Source: Parcubacteria group bacterium
GTDB taxonomy: Bacteria; Patescibacteriota; Microgenomatia; UBA1400; PJMF01
Assembly: GCA_943350175.1 (NCBI GenBank)
Contig: CALQZX010000005.1
Span: 150 to 64,149, forward strand
Reading direction: 5' to 3'
DNA length: 64,000 nt
The notes beneath the pieces are model-generated. The model made no database searches and had not been told where the DNA came from. It saw nothing but the letters and a program-made list of their open reading frames with translations. Numbering within the stretch: position 1 is the first letter of the stretch; every line of letters begins with the position of its first letter. A program made the translations under genes and the position numbers. Below, piece by piece: positions 37,936 through 48,505 of this stretch.

Positions 37936-39276
37936 TTAACTGAGTGAAGCAACCAACTGTTCTCTAACGATGGCAATATCAACTTTCTTACCAAGTTCTT
38001 TCATCACTTGCCCAATTAAGAAACCAGCGACGGCAGTTTTGCCGGCTTTATATTTATCTACCGCATCTTGATTTGCAGATAAAACTTTATCGATTGTGAT
38101 TTGCAGTTCTTTGGTATCGACAGTATCACTCGTAGTAGCAGTTTTGAATCTAGCTAAAACATCAGCAGCCTTCTCTTCAAAAGAAAATTCGATTTTTTTA
38201 TTGAGCAAACTATTAATTACCTTTTGACATTCTAAGCTCTCATTTTTAGCGAGGGAAAGAACTTCTTCAAAGAAAACCGACTCAGTTCTATTAATCGTTA
38301 GATCTTTAGCGCTTTTTTCATTAAGATTATATTCTTTGGTAAAGCGAACAGATTTGGCATCTGGTAATTCGCCAATTTTATTTTTGATAGTGTCGATTTC
38401 TGCTTGTGTAAATTCAATTGGCGGAAGGTCTGGATCTGGGAAATAGCGATAGTCAGCTGCATCTTCTTTGCTGCGCTGTGAAAAAGTTTTCCCGGTGCTT
38501 GGGTTATAGCCACGAGTTTCTTGAATTGGTGTGCTGCCGTTTTGTAAGATTTCAGTCTGGCGATCTATTTCAAATTTAATTGCTGCCTCTAAGAATTTAA
38601 AGGAATTAATATTTTTGCATTCAACTTTATAGTCAGGTAATTCAGTGCGACTTTCTTTACGCAAAGAAATATTGGCTTCGAGACGCATGCCGCCTTTTTC
38701 CATATCGCAGTCGGCAATATCTAGGTAACGCATGATTTGACGTAATTTTTGACCATATTCTTTGGCTTGTGTAGCTGATTTAATGTCTGGCTCCGTCACA
38801 ATTTCAATCAAAGGGACACTACTGCGATTGAAATCTACCAAAGTGACTTTTTCCAATTCTCCGTCGCCATCCAAATCAATTTCTTGATGTGAAAGCTTGG
38901 CAGTGTCCTCCTCTAAATGAATGCGGTGGATGCCAACTCTACCCTCGCTGGTATCGATATAGCCATCATGACAGAAAGGAATATCAAACTGACTAATTTG
39001 ATAGCCCTTGGCCAGATCTGGATAAAAATAATTTTTACGATCGAATTTGGAAAAAAGATTGATTTGACAATTAAGAGCGAGACCGAGTTTAATAGTCAAT
39101 TCAATGGCTTTACGATTGGCGACTGGTAAACCACCAGGCATACCAAGACAAACTGGACAGGTATAAATATTTGGCTTTTCTGCGCCAAATGGATCGTTCT
39201 TACAAGAACAAAACATTTTAGAATTTGTTTTTACTTCAGCGTGAATTTCAAGTCCGCAGACTAATTTGTATGGCAT
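37936..39276 (-). CDS. gatB: Asp/Glu-tRNA amidotransferase subunit B
   Basis: GLEIH, FDRKNYFYPDL and YRYFPDPDL. Confidence 0.97.
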   Translation of the reverse strand: MPYKLVCGLEIHAEVKTNSKMFCSCKNDPFGAEKPNIYTCPVCLGMPGGLPVANRKAIELTIKLGLALNCQINLFSKFDRKNYFYPDLAKGYQISQFDIPFCHDGYIDTSEGRVGIHRIHLEEDTAKLSHQEIDLDGDGELEKVTLVDFNRSSVPLIEIVTEPDIKSATQAKEYGQKLRQIMRYLDIADCDMEKGGMRLEANISLRKESRTELPDYKVECKNINSFKFLEAAIKFEIDRQTEILQNGSTPIQETRGYNPSTGKTFSQRSKEDAADYRYFPDPDLPPIEFTQAEIDTIKNKIGELPDAKSVRFTKEYNLNEKSAKDLTINRTESVFFEEVLSLAKNESLECQKVINSLLNKKIEFSFEEKAADVLARFKTATTSDTVDTKELQITIDKVLSANQDAVDKYKAGKTAVAGFLIGQVMKELGKKVDIAIVREQLVASLS

Positions 39277-40658
39277 TATTTATTTCTCCATGAATTCCAC
39301 TTGGTGTTTTTTTCAAAAGCATCGGCAACTTTGATGATTGATTCCTCTTTCCACATTGGGGCAACGAAGCTAGCACCAAGGTAAAGATTACTTGTCTCAT
39401 CGCGGTAAAAAGGCACATTGATGCCTGGTAAGCCAGTTATGGAGCTTGGCTCCAAGAGCATATCTTCTAATTCTCCAAACATCGCAGCATCAAGTGAGGC
39501 ACCGATTTTTTTGGCATAAGAAGGTGAAGTTGGCGACACTAAAATATCATATTTTTTAAATAATTCTTTGTAGTTTTCAAGATACAGAGTGCGGACTTTT
39601 TGAGCCAAATTATAATATTGATCGGCGTGACCTTTGGTTAAGGTGTAAGTGCCGAGCATGATGCGTTTTTTACCTTCCTCACCAAAGAAACTGCGATCTT
39701 TGCCATAGCGAATCCCGTCATAACGAGCCAAATTGCTACTGACTTCCGCTCTCTGCACCACTGTGTAAACACCGATGGCGTGATGAGGATCCATGGCTTT
39801 GACGATTTCAACTTCTGCCCCAAGCTCTTTGAGGATATTTAATTCTTGAAGTAGTTTTTGATTGGTTTCACCGATTTCTTTAACATCTTGGTAAACTACG
39901 CCAATTTTCATGCCCTTAATACTCTGACCAATAAAGCTAGTAAAATCTGGAGATTTTTCTACATTGCAGGTAGCATCTCTTTCGTCTGGGCCAGCAAAAG
40001 CATTGAGTAGTAAACAAGCGTCTTCAACAGTTTTGGTCAAAGGACCTGGGCTATCAGTAGATGAAGCCATGGAAACAACTCCAAAGCGACTGACTCGACC
40101 ATAGCTTGGTTTGAAGCCAACAGTGCCGCACCAAGCAGCTGGTTGTCTGATGGAACCGGCAGTCTCACTACCGATGGCAGCAATACTCATGTCTGCGGCA
40201 ATAGCGGCAGCACTGCCACCTGAAGATCCACCAGGTAAATGTTCAATATTACGTGGGTTTAAAGTGCGTCCAAAATCGCTAGTTTCAGTAGATGAGCCAT
40301 GGGCCCAAGCGTCCATATTCGTCTTGCCAAAAATTACCCCACCATTTTCTTTGAGTTTTTTTGTAACAGTTGATTCGTATGCAGGCATGAAGCCATCTAG
40401 AACGTTGGATGAAGCAGTGGTTGGTAAGCCAATGGTGCAAAAATTATCTTTGACTGCGATAGGCAGGCCACGAAGTGGCTTTTGGCTGGCTTTTTTGGCC
40501 TCATTGAGGGCTTCTTTATTAACACTCAAATAGATATTTAAATCTTTATTTTTAGCCTGATAAACTTGATCTAAATCTTCGTAGATTTCTTCGATTTTAA
40601 CTTCTTTTTTATCCAGGGCATCAATGCTCTCTTTGAGAGTGAGTTCATTTAATTTCAT
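39276..40658 (-). CDS. gatA: Asp/Glu-tRNA amidotransferase subunit A
   Basis: Amidase signature PGGSSGGSAAA and GSIRQPA. Confidence 0.96.
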   Translation of the reverse strand: MKLNELTLKESIDALDKKEVKIEEIYEDLDQVYQAKNKDLNIYLSVNKEALNEAKKASQKPLRGLPIAVKDNFCTIGLPTTASSNVLDGFMPAYESTVTKKLKENGGVIFGKTNMDAWAHGSSTETSDFGRTLNPRNIEHLPGGSSGGSAAAIAADMSIAAIGSETAGSIRQPAAWCGTVGFKPSYGRVSRFGVVSMASSTDSPGPLTKTVEDACLLLNAFAGPDERDATCNVEKSPDFTSFIGQSIKGMKIGVVYQDVKEIGETNQKLLQELNILKELGAEVEIVKAMDPHHAIGVYTVVQRAEVSSNLARYDGIRYGKDRSFFGEEGKKRIMLGTYTLTKGHADQYYNLAQKVRTLYLENYKELFKKYDILVSPTSPSYAKKIGASLDAAMFGELEDMLLEPSSITGLPGINVPFYRDETSNLYLGASFVAPMWKEESIIKVADAFEKNTKWNSWRNK

Positions 40659-40660
40659 GA

Positions 40661-40966
40661 CTAATTATCCTTGTTCTGTAAAACGTAAGGGACGACAAAA
40701 AATCCATTATAAGTAGATTTGGCATTTGCTAAGGCTTCTTCTTGAGTGAAGCTCTGTTCAGGTTTGACGACGTCATCGCGCAAAATATTTTTGAAGCCAG
40801 TCACTTGATGAGTGATGGCTGTTTTATTAGCGCCAGCTTTTTTGAGACGGTCAACGACAATTAAAGTTTCAGTGAAAGCTTCGGCTAGTTTAACGCTTTC
40901 TTCTTCAGTAACTGGAATGTTAGCTAATTGGGCAATATGTTTAACTTGGGTGTTGTTGACTGACAT
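40661..40966 (-). CDS. gatC: Asp/Glu-tRNA amidotransferase subunit C
   Basis: VKHIAQLANI, LRDD and FFVVP; position before gatA. Confidence 0.9.
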   Translation of the reverse strand: MSVNNTQVKHIAQLANIPVTEEESVKLAEAFTETLIVVDRLKKAGANKTAITHQVTGFKNILRDDVVKPEQSFTQEEALANAKSTYNGFFVVPYVLQNKDN

Positions 40967-41002
40967 ATGAATCTAAGTGCTTAGTTTAACACAAATCCTT
41001 GA

Positions 41003-41914
41003 CTAATTTCTGCTCATTTCTCTTAAAATTGCGATTCTTTCTTCGATTGGCGGATGGGTGTTAAAAAGTTTGGCAAAGGCGTGTACTGCACCTGTAGTAT
41101 TTTTAAGCGGATTGCTGATGTAGAGATGAGCGGTGGCTTTATTGGCGACTTCAAGAGGTTCACTGTCTGTAGAAATCTTAGCCAAGGCTTTGATTAAGCC
41201 TTCTGGATTCTTGGTCATTTCTACGCCGCTGGCATCAGCCAGGAATTCTCTACGTCTGGAAATAGCTAATTGAATTAATTGAGCAATGATTGGTGAAAGA
41301 ATAGCTAAAATGACTGCGACGATGGTGACAATAACGCCAATCTGGTCATTATCATTGTCTCTTTTTCTGTTCCCTCCCCAAAATGACATGCGCAACATCC
41401 AGTCTGCTAGTAAGGCGATTAAACCAACCAAAACTGAGACGATGGACATGAGCAGAATATCATAATTTTTGACGTGGCTGAGTTCATGAGCAACGACGGC
41501 CTCTACTTCGCTGCGGTTGAGGCGACTAAGTAAGCCAGTGGTAGCACAAACGACAGCGTGTTCCGGATTGCGTCCGGTGGCAAAGGCGTTCATAGCAGTG
41601 TCTTCAATGACATAAAGCTTAGGCATGGGCATTTTTTGACCCAGACAAATATTTTCAGTGACGGTATAAAAGTCAAAGAATTCATTTCTCTTTGCTTCTT
41701 TGGCACCAGAAATACCGAGAATAATTTTGTCGCTGTAGTAGTAACTGAAAAATGATGCTCCACCAGAGAAAACGAGCGCCCAGCCGACTATATCAAGTGA
41801 ATAGCCAAAACCTTTGGCCATTAAATAAGCGGCTCCAACAATGAAGATAATAAATAAGCTAATGATAAAGAAAGATCGCTGCTTGTTTTTCGCAACTAAC
41901 TGATAATGAGTCAT
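41003..41914 (-). CDS. htpX: Zinc metalloprotease HtpX (M48)
   Basis: NAFATGR, HELSH, SRRREFLAD and THPP. Confidence 0.94.
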   Translation of the reverse strand: MTHYQLVAKNKQRSFFIISLFIIFIVGAAYLMAKGFGYSLDIVGWALVFSGGASFFSYYYSDKIILGISGAKEAKRNEFFDFYTVTENICLGQKMPMPKLYVIEDTAMNAFATGRNPEHAVVCATTGLLSRLNRSEVEAVVAHELSHVKNYDILLMSIVSVLVGLIALLADWMLRMSFWGGNRKRDNDNDQIGVIVTIVAVILAILSPIIAQLIQLAISRRREFLADASGVEMTKNPEGLIKALAKISTDSEPLEVANKATAHLYISNPLKNTTGAVHAFAKLFNTHPPIEERIAILREMSRN

Positions 41915-41933
41915 ATTTTGTTATTAGTCTTTT

Positions 41934-42515
41934 TTAAAGGCTAACTTTGGGGCTTTTTTCTTCTTCACTGCTGACTTCCATATGAGAGCCAGTTTCTGAA
42001 GTAGCAATGCCTTTTTCTTCTTTAAAACCAAACATGTTGGCAATTAAGTTTGAAGGAAAGACCACTAATTTTTCGTTGAAGTCCTGAGACAGGTCAATGA
42101 CGCTACGACGAGCATAGGTCAATTTGTCGGCAGTATCAGTTAGTTCATCCATGAATTTAGTAATAGCTTCATTGGCTTTTAATTCTGGATTACTTTCAAC
42201 CACGACTTGAATTTGTGGTAGTAAGTTTTGAATTTTGCTAACTGCCTGATCGATATCTTTGGCAGAACCTGAAGAGTCAGCTTTGGCGACAGATTGGCGA
42301 GCTTCGGTTAAAAGCTTGTAAATGCCTTGTTCATGTTTGAGTTGACCTTTGACGGCAACTTCAAGGTTTGGAATAAGACCGGCTTGACGTTTCAATTGAT
42401 TGCCAATCTCTTGAATACTGGCTTTGATTTGCGTCTTGAGAGTCTGGAGAGAGTTGTAAACACCAACAACGTAAAAGAAGACGAGAGCTAAGATAATAAT
42501 GAGAGGAATCATCAT
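41934..42515 (-). CDS. lemA: LemA-family protein
   Basis: YNSL, LIPNL, ESNPELKAN and FPSNLIA; adjacent to htpX. Confidence 0.92.
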   Translation of the reverse strand: MMIPLIIILALVFFYVVGVYNSLQTLKTQIKASIQEIGNQLKRQAGLIPNLEVAVKGQLKHEQGIYKLLTEARQSVAKADSSGSAKDIDQAVSKIQNLLPQIQVVVESNPELKANEAITKFMDELTDTADKLTYARRSVIDLSQDFNEKLVVFPSNLIANMFGFKEEKGIATSETGSHMEVSSEEEKSPKVSL

Positions 42516-42762
42516 ATTGGGTCCTTTATTAGATGTTAATTAGAGATTTTATTATAGCATTTGCTCACGCAAAGTAACTACTGACAAAGAATAGGTTTTT
42601 GACCGAGCTTTGCGAGGGAATGTCCGAAGTGGAGACGGAGGACGCACTCCATCAGAAAAAAGGGTCTGAAATTCGCTAAAGCATCTTTATATACCTGCTG
42701 CTTTTTGCAATACGTTGCATTGCAAAAAGACAGGGTCTGAAATATAATAAGAACTTCGAAAT

Positions 42763-42838
42763 GGCCTCGTGGTGTAGCGGTTAACATGTCTCCCTGTCAC
42801 GGAGAAGACCGTCGGTTCGAATCCGATCGAGGTCGCCA
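42763..42838 (+). tRNA. tRNA-Asp(GTC)
   Basis: GGCCTCG/CGAGGTC acceptor stem, TCTCC-CTGTCAC-GGAGA anticodon arm, TTCGAAT loop, encoded CCA. Confidence 0.96.
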
Positions 42839-44472
42839 TTTCGGATTTCTTGCTTACTTAGTTTGAAATACTCGGCTAAGTAAGCGGTTCCATCTACAAT
42901 TTGATTGTAAGTTGGCAATTCATTAAACATCATTCCAAAAAGTTGCTCTTGTCTACGCACATTCTCGGTGTCTATTAGCAGTTCTTCCAAGTGTTCCATG
43001 AAATAGCGAGCATATTGGAAACCAAGCTTAGCATTGAGTTCTTTTTTAACTTGTTGGTCTCTCATTTCTCTTGCTGATTTTAGCTTTTTTTCTACTCCCT
43101 CATAGTCCTCTTCTAAGGCCTTTCTGACTAATTCGCTATCTACTTGTTTGATGCGTTGAAAAATGGCGTTTTGCTCGGCTAGGAGGTCTGAGACGTACTT
43201 CTCTTTGTTCTGGCTTTCTTCAATTACATCAGATCTTTTTTTATCCCATTCTTCATAGAACAAAGCCTCCAGCAGCTTATGAAAATTTTCATCAAATTTT
43301 ATTTGTTTGATAAATTCATAAACATTCTTATTAAATTCGCTGGCTCCTTCAGACCACTGCTTATGACCTTGGTGGCAATGATAATATTTATACTTTTTTC
43401 CACCCCTACCTTTTGAAGCACTCCCTCTCAATTCGTGATTACAGATTGGACAAAGAACGACTCTTTTAAATGGGAATTCAGGATTGTGCTTCATGATGCG
43501 CTTTTTGGTTCTCTCTGTTTGCGCCTCATTCCCGTAAAAGATTTTGACCTCATCACCTGAAATTTCCAGTAAGATCTTATCTTTATTAGCTTGATTAAAT
43601 AACTCTGCATCAATAAAACCCGGAAATTTGGCTTTAACAGGCTGGTAATTTGTCCATTTTTCACAAAAGACTCCTGTGTAAATAGTTCTAGTCAAGAACT
43701 CAGCTATTCTGCTGGCACTTGCTTGATTTCCGCCGATCTTGCCAATTGGTTTTTTAGTTCTTCTATCACGCTTATTTTTAATTCTAGACCTATATCCAAG
43801 TCTATTTATTTCATTTGCTATTTCTGGTAAATTAAAGCCCTTAGCTTTCATTTGAAAAATCTTCTTTATAAAAAAAGACTCTTTTGGGTTTTCTATTAGA
43901 ATAAATCGTTTACCACTATCAGTTTCTATCCTCTTAGATTCAAATCCAAATGCCGAGCCATGTATACGATAACCTTGGCGAGTGTAAGTAACTTCAGCTC
44001 CTATTGTTTGAGTTAAGATGTTTCTTCTATCAGCTTTGGCTTGTTCTGCTGCCTCTATTTCAGCTGGTTCTGATGGTGAATATTTACTCCAATCATACTC
44101 AATTCCTAAATGATCCAGAGTGTTTATTTTTTCTCCGATAGTGTTGTAAACATCTGTTATTCTTACGCCATTTTGCTCAAGTTTTGTTTTCCATTTTAAG
44201 TAATCTACTCCACCACCTCTAGTGAATCTACTAATATTTTTAAATAACAATATATCGATTTTGTTCTCTTTATTGATGACATGGTCTAAAACTTCTTGGA
44301 AGAACTCTCTTTCTTTTAAAGCTCCACTTTCGATCAAAGAGAAAACTTTCTTTTCCTCTAAATTTTCTTTTTTTATATAGTGGCGGCACTGTTCTAACTG
44401 ATGCTCTAGACCGTCTCCTTCGGAAGCTTGTTTTGGTGATGATGCTCTAACGAGGATTACTGTGTTTTTCAT
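42781..44472 (-). CDS. Large serine recombinase (integrase)
   Basis: VRASSPKQ catalytic Ser, ISRFTR, recombinase domain, CPIC...YYHC zinc ribbon and coiled coil. The last ~18 codons are antisense to tRNA-Asp. Confidence 0.93.
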   Translation of the reverse strand: MKNTVILVRASSPKQASEGDGLEHQLEQCRHYIKKENLEEKKVFSLIESGALKEREFFQEVLDHVINKENKIDILLFKNISRFTRGGGVDYLKWKTKLEQNGVRITDVYNTIGEKINTLDHLGIEYDWSKYSPSEPAEIEAAEQAKADRRNILTQTIGAEVTYTRQGYRIHGSAFGFESKRIETDSGKRFILIENPKESFFIKKIFQMKAKGFNLPEIANEINRLGYRSRIKNKRDRRTKKPIGKIGGNQASASRIAEFLTRTIYTGVFCEKWTNYQPVKAKFPGFIDAELFNQANKDKILLEISGDEVKIFYGNEAQTERTKKRIMKHNPEFPFKRVVLCPICNHELRGSASKGRGGKKYKYYHCHQGHKQWSEGASEFNKNVYEFIKQIKFDENFHKLLEALFYEEWDKKRSDVIEESQNKEKYVSDLLAEQNAIFQRIKQVDSELVRKALEEDYEGVEKKLKSAREMRDQQVKKELNAKLGFQYARYFMEHLEELLIDTENVRRQEQLFGMMFNELPTYNQIVDGTAYLAEYFKLSKQEIRNGDLDRIRTDGLLRDRETC

Positions 44473-44621
44473 TAGCAGTTCTCCTTATAGCTAACTTCTA
44501 AAACTTTGTCCACCATACAGGCGGCCAATTGTCGAAGTTTGGAAATTATTTTTTCAATTTCATTGTTGGACAAATTATTGAATTTGTTCCCCAACAATTT
44601 ACGTGCTAATTCTATCGTCAT
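44472..44621 (-). CDS. 49-aa helical protein coupled to the recombinase
   Basis: MTIELARKLLGNKFNNLSNNEIEKIISKLRQLAACMVDKVLEVSYKENC*; TAATG overlap with the recombinase start; below the track size cut-off. Confidence 0.7.
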   Translation of the reverse strand: MTIELARKLLGNKFNNLSNNEIEKIISKLRQLAACMVDKVLEVSYKENC

Positions 44622-45269
44622 CTGGGACCTTTCCCAGTTAACGAAGAGATGAACTGCAAAAAAACCTGATCAATCAACAATCGATTTGTCTACAAAAACT
44701 AATAACCCATAACGAGCAATAAATAGTTTGATTATGTTTGTTATTAATTAATGAGAGAACAGAATTGTGTGATTGACCCAATTATTAATTGATCTAAAAA
44801 TACTTTTATAAATATTCTTAGATCAATTCTTCTGTTAACTATATTGTCTGGTTTTGAGCAGTAATTTGATGCCATCTAAATAGTATCAAATGGTCGCCCA
44901 AAACCTTTCAATTATTAATTATTACTAATTTGGTTTATATCACCCCTAATTTTTTTTGCAAGCTATTAAAAAATAATTAAATTTGTTTTAAAAACCCCAA
45001 CCCACAACAAGCTATTGGCTAAGGTTTTTACTGCTCTCTATAAACCTGCCTTGGTACGCGATATTTTTCAGTGTAGAAACTATCCTATAATTTATAAAAT
45101 AATTTACCTTATTTATGTAAAGGAATGTCCATAGATAGAGGACGTCCTTTAGGCCTCTTTAGGTGTAGGAGGGGTGTAATCTTTGTCAGACGATTGATGA
45201 TTTGTTATCTAGATAAGGAGCTAAGCAAGCCGGCCGGCAGGTGGCTACACTCATGTTTTAAATAAGCGC

Positions 45270-45641
45270 TTATTTTAGTATCTGTTGTTTTAACAGAACC
45301 AGCTTTGTTCGTTTAACAAATAGCCTTTTAAGAAATTCATAATAATCTAGATCTACTTTTTCAACTGCTTTTTCTAAGGCTTCATTAATTCTCTTAATAT
45401 CCAAAGATGGCAAAGTATTAATCTTTAAATTCAATTGGCGTAATGCATATTTATTCTCAACTCTCATAGCGTATTGTTCTGTTGTTTCTAACTCATCAAG
45501 AAATGGAGGGGCTGGATCAAAGAAACAAAGTATTTTAAAGATGAGAGTATGAATGAAAACCTTATTTACCATGCCGGGGATAACGTATTCGGCAATAATA
45601 AAACTCGAATTGCCATCGTGTTTAATCCTTTTTATTTTCAT
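45270..45641 (-). CDS. Hypothetical protein
   Basis: 123-aa ORF overlapping the upstream gene. Confidence 0.5.
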   Translation of the reverse strand: MKIKRIKHDGNSSFIIAEYVIPGMVNKVFIHTLIFKILCFFDPAPPFLDELETTEQYAMRVENKYALRQLNLKINTLPSLDIKRINEALEKAVEKVDLDYYEFLKRLFVKRTKLVLLKQQILK

Positions 45642-45918
45642 GGTTTTTCATTTTGAACAAAATATTATCAATTCTTTCTTTCTTTTCTTGTTCATTTTTT
45701 GCATATGTTCTATAAAAAAAAAGTCCAGACAGCCACATAAAAATTGTTCCTCCATCATAAATACCGTGGCTCATGGCATAAAGTCCAATAAGAAATGAAA
45801 TTGAACAAAAAACACCAGACGTTTCAGATTTCGGTATTTTATCTTTGTGCAATTTGCTTATGACTAATGGTCCAACGCAGATAAGTATAATTATTATTAA
45901 TAAAGTTTCTTCTGTCAT
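45622..45918 (-). CDS. Small membrane protein
   Basis: Three hydrophobic segments. Confidence 0.55.
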   Translation of the reverse strand: MTEETLLIIIILICVGPLVISKLHKDKIPKSETSGVFCSISFLIGLYAMSHGIYDGGTIFMWLSGLFFYRTYAKNEQEKKERIDNILFKMKNHENKKD

Positions 45919-45982
45919 AATGATGTTTATTATATACCACCAGTAAGTCGACCACAGGTAAAGATTGCATCAAAATTTACCC

Positions 45983-46201
45983 ATGGTCGACAAGCAAGAA
46001 TTATCAGCAAGGTTGGGTCAAAGATTGGCGGAACTGAGATCTCTTAAGGGATTTACTCAGGAGAGGTTGGCTTATGATGCTGAACTTAATAGGGCTTATG
46101 TTGGCTATATTGAGCGCGGAGAAAGAAATCCATCTGTTGTGACGATGGCAAAGATAGCGCTTGCCTTAAAAGTTGAGTTGCATGAGCTTTTTAGGTTATA
46201 A
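45983..46201 (+). CDS. XRE-family HTH regulator (C-protein-like)
   Basis: GFTQERLAYDAELNRAYVGYIERGERNPS. Confidence 0.9.
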   Translation: MVDKQELSARLGQRLAELRSLKGFTQERLAYDAELNRAYVGYIERGERNPSVVTMAKIALALKVELHELFRL

Positions 46202-46267
46202 ATAATTGTTTATTTAAGATTAATATCCACAATTCAAGTACGACCCAATTTTTGAAAATTTATCCAA

Positions 46268-47920
46268 TTAGGAGTACATTTCAGCTGACTTCAAAGCTAT
46301 TCTATTTATTGATTGACGTATATCGAATATTGGATCTGAAACATCTACATACGGATCATATTTATTCAATTCAAATGCTAGAGCGATAGCATACTCAGTG
46401 AAGGCAACTTCATATGCCAGGCGCCTAAATACAGGATCTTCAGGAGAACGATCTTTTTTAGCTGCAATAATTTGAGGATGGTCGAGATTGATGTAAATAG
46501 TTCTAAATTCTGATTTATATTCTGCTCTATCTGGCATATTTGATCCTAAATGGGAAAATTCAATGCTAAATCCGCCTCCACTTCTCTTTTTTTTGCCATC
46601 ATCGCCAACATAATGTCCTTTTGAATCTCCCATCACTTTAGGCTTTACTATTGGGTTTAATTCCGGTGGCTCCTCGTCTTTATTCATGGAGTTTTGTACC
46701 TCTTTTAGGTTTAAAAAACCAACTTCTCCAATGTCATTTTCTATAGTTGCTGGATTGTTTCCTCCAAATAGAAAATCATTGGTTCCTTTAGTTTTTTCTC
46801 CAAATTCTATATTTCCTGTGTCAGGACCGTGTTTTAGCTCAGTTGTTTGTATTTTTTTTAGTTTCATCCTAAATGAATCAAAATCTGAATTTATAATATT
46901 TTCAATCTTTGATGCTTCATCTCGTAGTCTGTTAGCTTCTTCTGAAGCTTTTTCATTTTTATATTCTTCAACAAGTTCTTTTCTAACTTTTTCAAACAAC
47001 GGTCCAATAAATTGATACACTTCATTTACAATTTCGTTTTGTGGATTCAACTTCATTGATCTAGAAGCATCAAATGCTGAGGGTACTGAGTTGTCATCTG
47101 CGAGAGTCTCGACATCAATTTCTCCAAAAATAAAATTTGCCATTTCTTTACCTTCAAATCCGAGCATTGATGTTTCAAGCCATACTCCATTGGAAAAAAT
47201 TGAAATTCCACGAAAATCTTTCTCTAATGGTGACCTTGAAACCCTGATAATTAGTTTTGTTTTTCCAACGCGAGACATTTTTTTATTAAACGTTTCAAAA
47301 ACTTCTTCTCTTTCAATAGATGGTTCTATGAATTCACATAGGTGATTGTTAACTATCACAGAGACATCTTTTGGCCATTTTACAAGGTGCCTCTCTATAT
47401 ATTCAATTACACTTGATTGATCAATTAATTTTAGGTGAATTTTCTCAATCTCGACAAGTGTTCCATCATTTAAATCAGTTGGCTTTTCTTTGTAGATAGT
47501 TGTAACAGGCACAGGACTTCCAGATGAGCAATTTTCTAAATCTTTTCTTAGTAACTGAACGGCAGATGTTTTGCCATTTTTTGTTGTAGTAATTTTTAAA
47601 GAGTCGGCAATTCCAAAAGCCGCTGATTTTCCAGTTCCAAAATAACCTCTTCCAGGTTGTCCTGTTTTTCGATCTTGATTCTCTCCATGCATAATGAAAT
47701 AGTTTTCTAAGTCAGCCCAATTCATTCCTCTTCCATTATCTAGAATACTAATGCTTTTGTTTTTACTATTTAGGGATACTCTGATTTTTGGACTTACACC
47801 CTTATTAACATATTGAAGGCTATTCGAAACATACTCCCAAACGACCAGGCGTTCATTTTTAAACATTCCTGCTGATTGAAGCAAGTCTCTGGATATGTGA
47901 GATTTAACTAATATTGGCAT
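46268..47920 (-). CDS. GHKL (HATPase_c_3 / MORC-like) ATPase
   Basis: EYVSNS, DNGRGM, GYFGTGK, GTLVEI and C-terminal IYINLDHP. Confidence 0.85.
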   Translation of the reverse strand: MPILVKSHISRDLLQSAGMFKNERLVVWEYVSNSLQYVNKGVSPKIRVSLNSKNKSISILDNGRGMNWADLENYFIMHGENQDRKTGQPGRGYFGTGKSAAFGIADSLKITTTKNGKTSAVQLLRKDLENCSSGSPVPVTTIYKEKPTDLNDGTLVEIEKIHLKLIDQSSVIEYIERHLVKWPKDVSVIVNNHLCEFIEPSIEREEVFETFNKKMSRVGKTKLIIRVSRSPLEKDFRGISIFSNGVWLETSMLGFEGKEMANFIFGEIDVETLADDNSVPSAFDASRSMKLNPQNEIVNEVYQFIGPLFEKVRKELVEEYKNEKASEEANRLRDEASKIENIINSDFDSFRMKLKKIQTTELKHGPDTGNIEFGEKTKGTNDFLFGGNNPATIENDIGEVGFLNLKEVQNSMNKDEEPPELNPIVKPKVMGDSKGHYVGDDGKKKRSGGGFSIEFSHLGSNMPDRAEYKSEFRTIYINLDHPQIIAAKKDRSPEDPVFRRLAYEVAFTEYAIALAFELNKYDPYVDVSDPIFDIRQSINRIALKSAEMYS

Positions 47921-47922
47921 AT

Positions 47923-48495
47923 TTAAGACCTTAATTTTTGTGCTATCGGCGCTAAGATTTTAATAAGTGGACCAAGCTCTGGGTCGTTTGAAAAAAGATT
48001 TTGAATTTTTGTGATTTTATTGATTCTAGTTTGGCCATCGATGTAATTATTTAAGCGAAAGAAATCATCTGCCATGGTTTTTGAAATTATCGACAGATCA
48101 TGTTCATTGTGAGATAAATAGTAATGATAAGCATCTGTATTCATCAGCCTATCTTTTTCTCTTTGAATCTGAGCTTGCTCTTTATCTGGTCTTTTTTTAA
48201 TATATCCCGACCATTTTTCAGGCAAATTATTTTTGGAGAATTTCAATCCAATTGGAGATAACATCCAACCATTTTTATGAGAACCAACAACGTAATTGTC
48301 GATATTTCCAGCGGCGGCGATAGCTTTTCTAACTGACTCTAGATCAATATTTTGTTTAAATTTCCTCCAAGAAAATATTCCTGGCGCAATTTCCGCTACC
48401 TTCATAGCAATGTTCTCAGTATCAACTGATTCTTTAACTCCATTAAGTGCGTACAAGGCTAAAGTGACAAGTTGTTTTTGATTTAGTTCACTCAT
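47923..48495 (-). CDS. Hypothetical protein, possible winged-helix N-terminus
   Basis: DTENIAMKVAEIAPGIFSWRKF...IDLESVR...GWMLSPIG; ends 2 nt before the ATPase start. Confidence 0.65.
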   Translation of the reverse strand: MSELNQKQLVTLALYALNGVKESVDTENIAMKVAEIAPGIFSWRKFKQNIDLESVRKAIAAAGNIDNYVVGSHKNGWMLSPIGLKFSKNNLPEKWSGYIKKRPDKEQAQIQREKDRLMNTDAYHYYLSHNEHDLSIISKTMADDFFRLNNYIDGQTRINKITKIQNLFSNDPELGPLIKILAPIAQKLRS

Positions 48496-48505
48496 AATTA
48501 ATATT

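Noticed and set aside
42578-42787. 69-aa minus ORF
   Set aside because: Antisense to tRNA-Asp and its structured leader.
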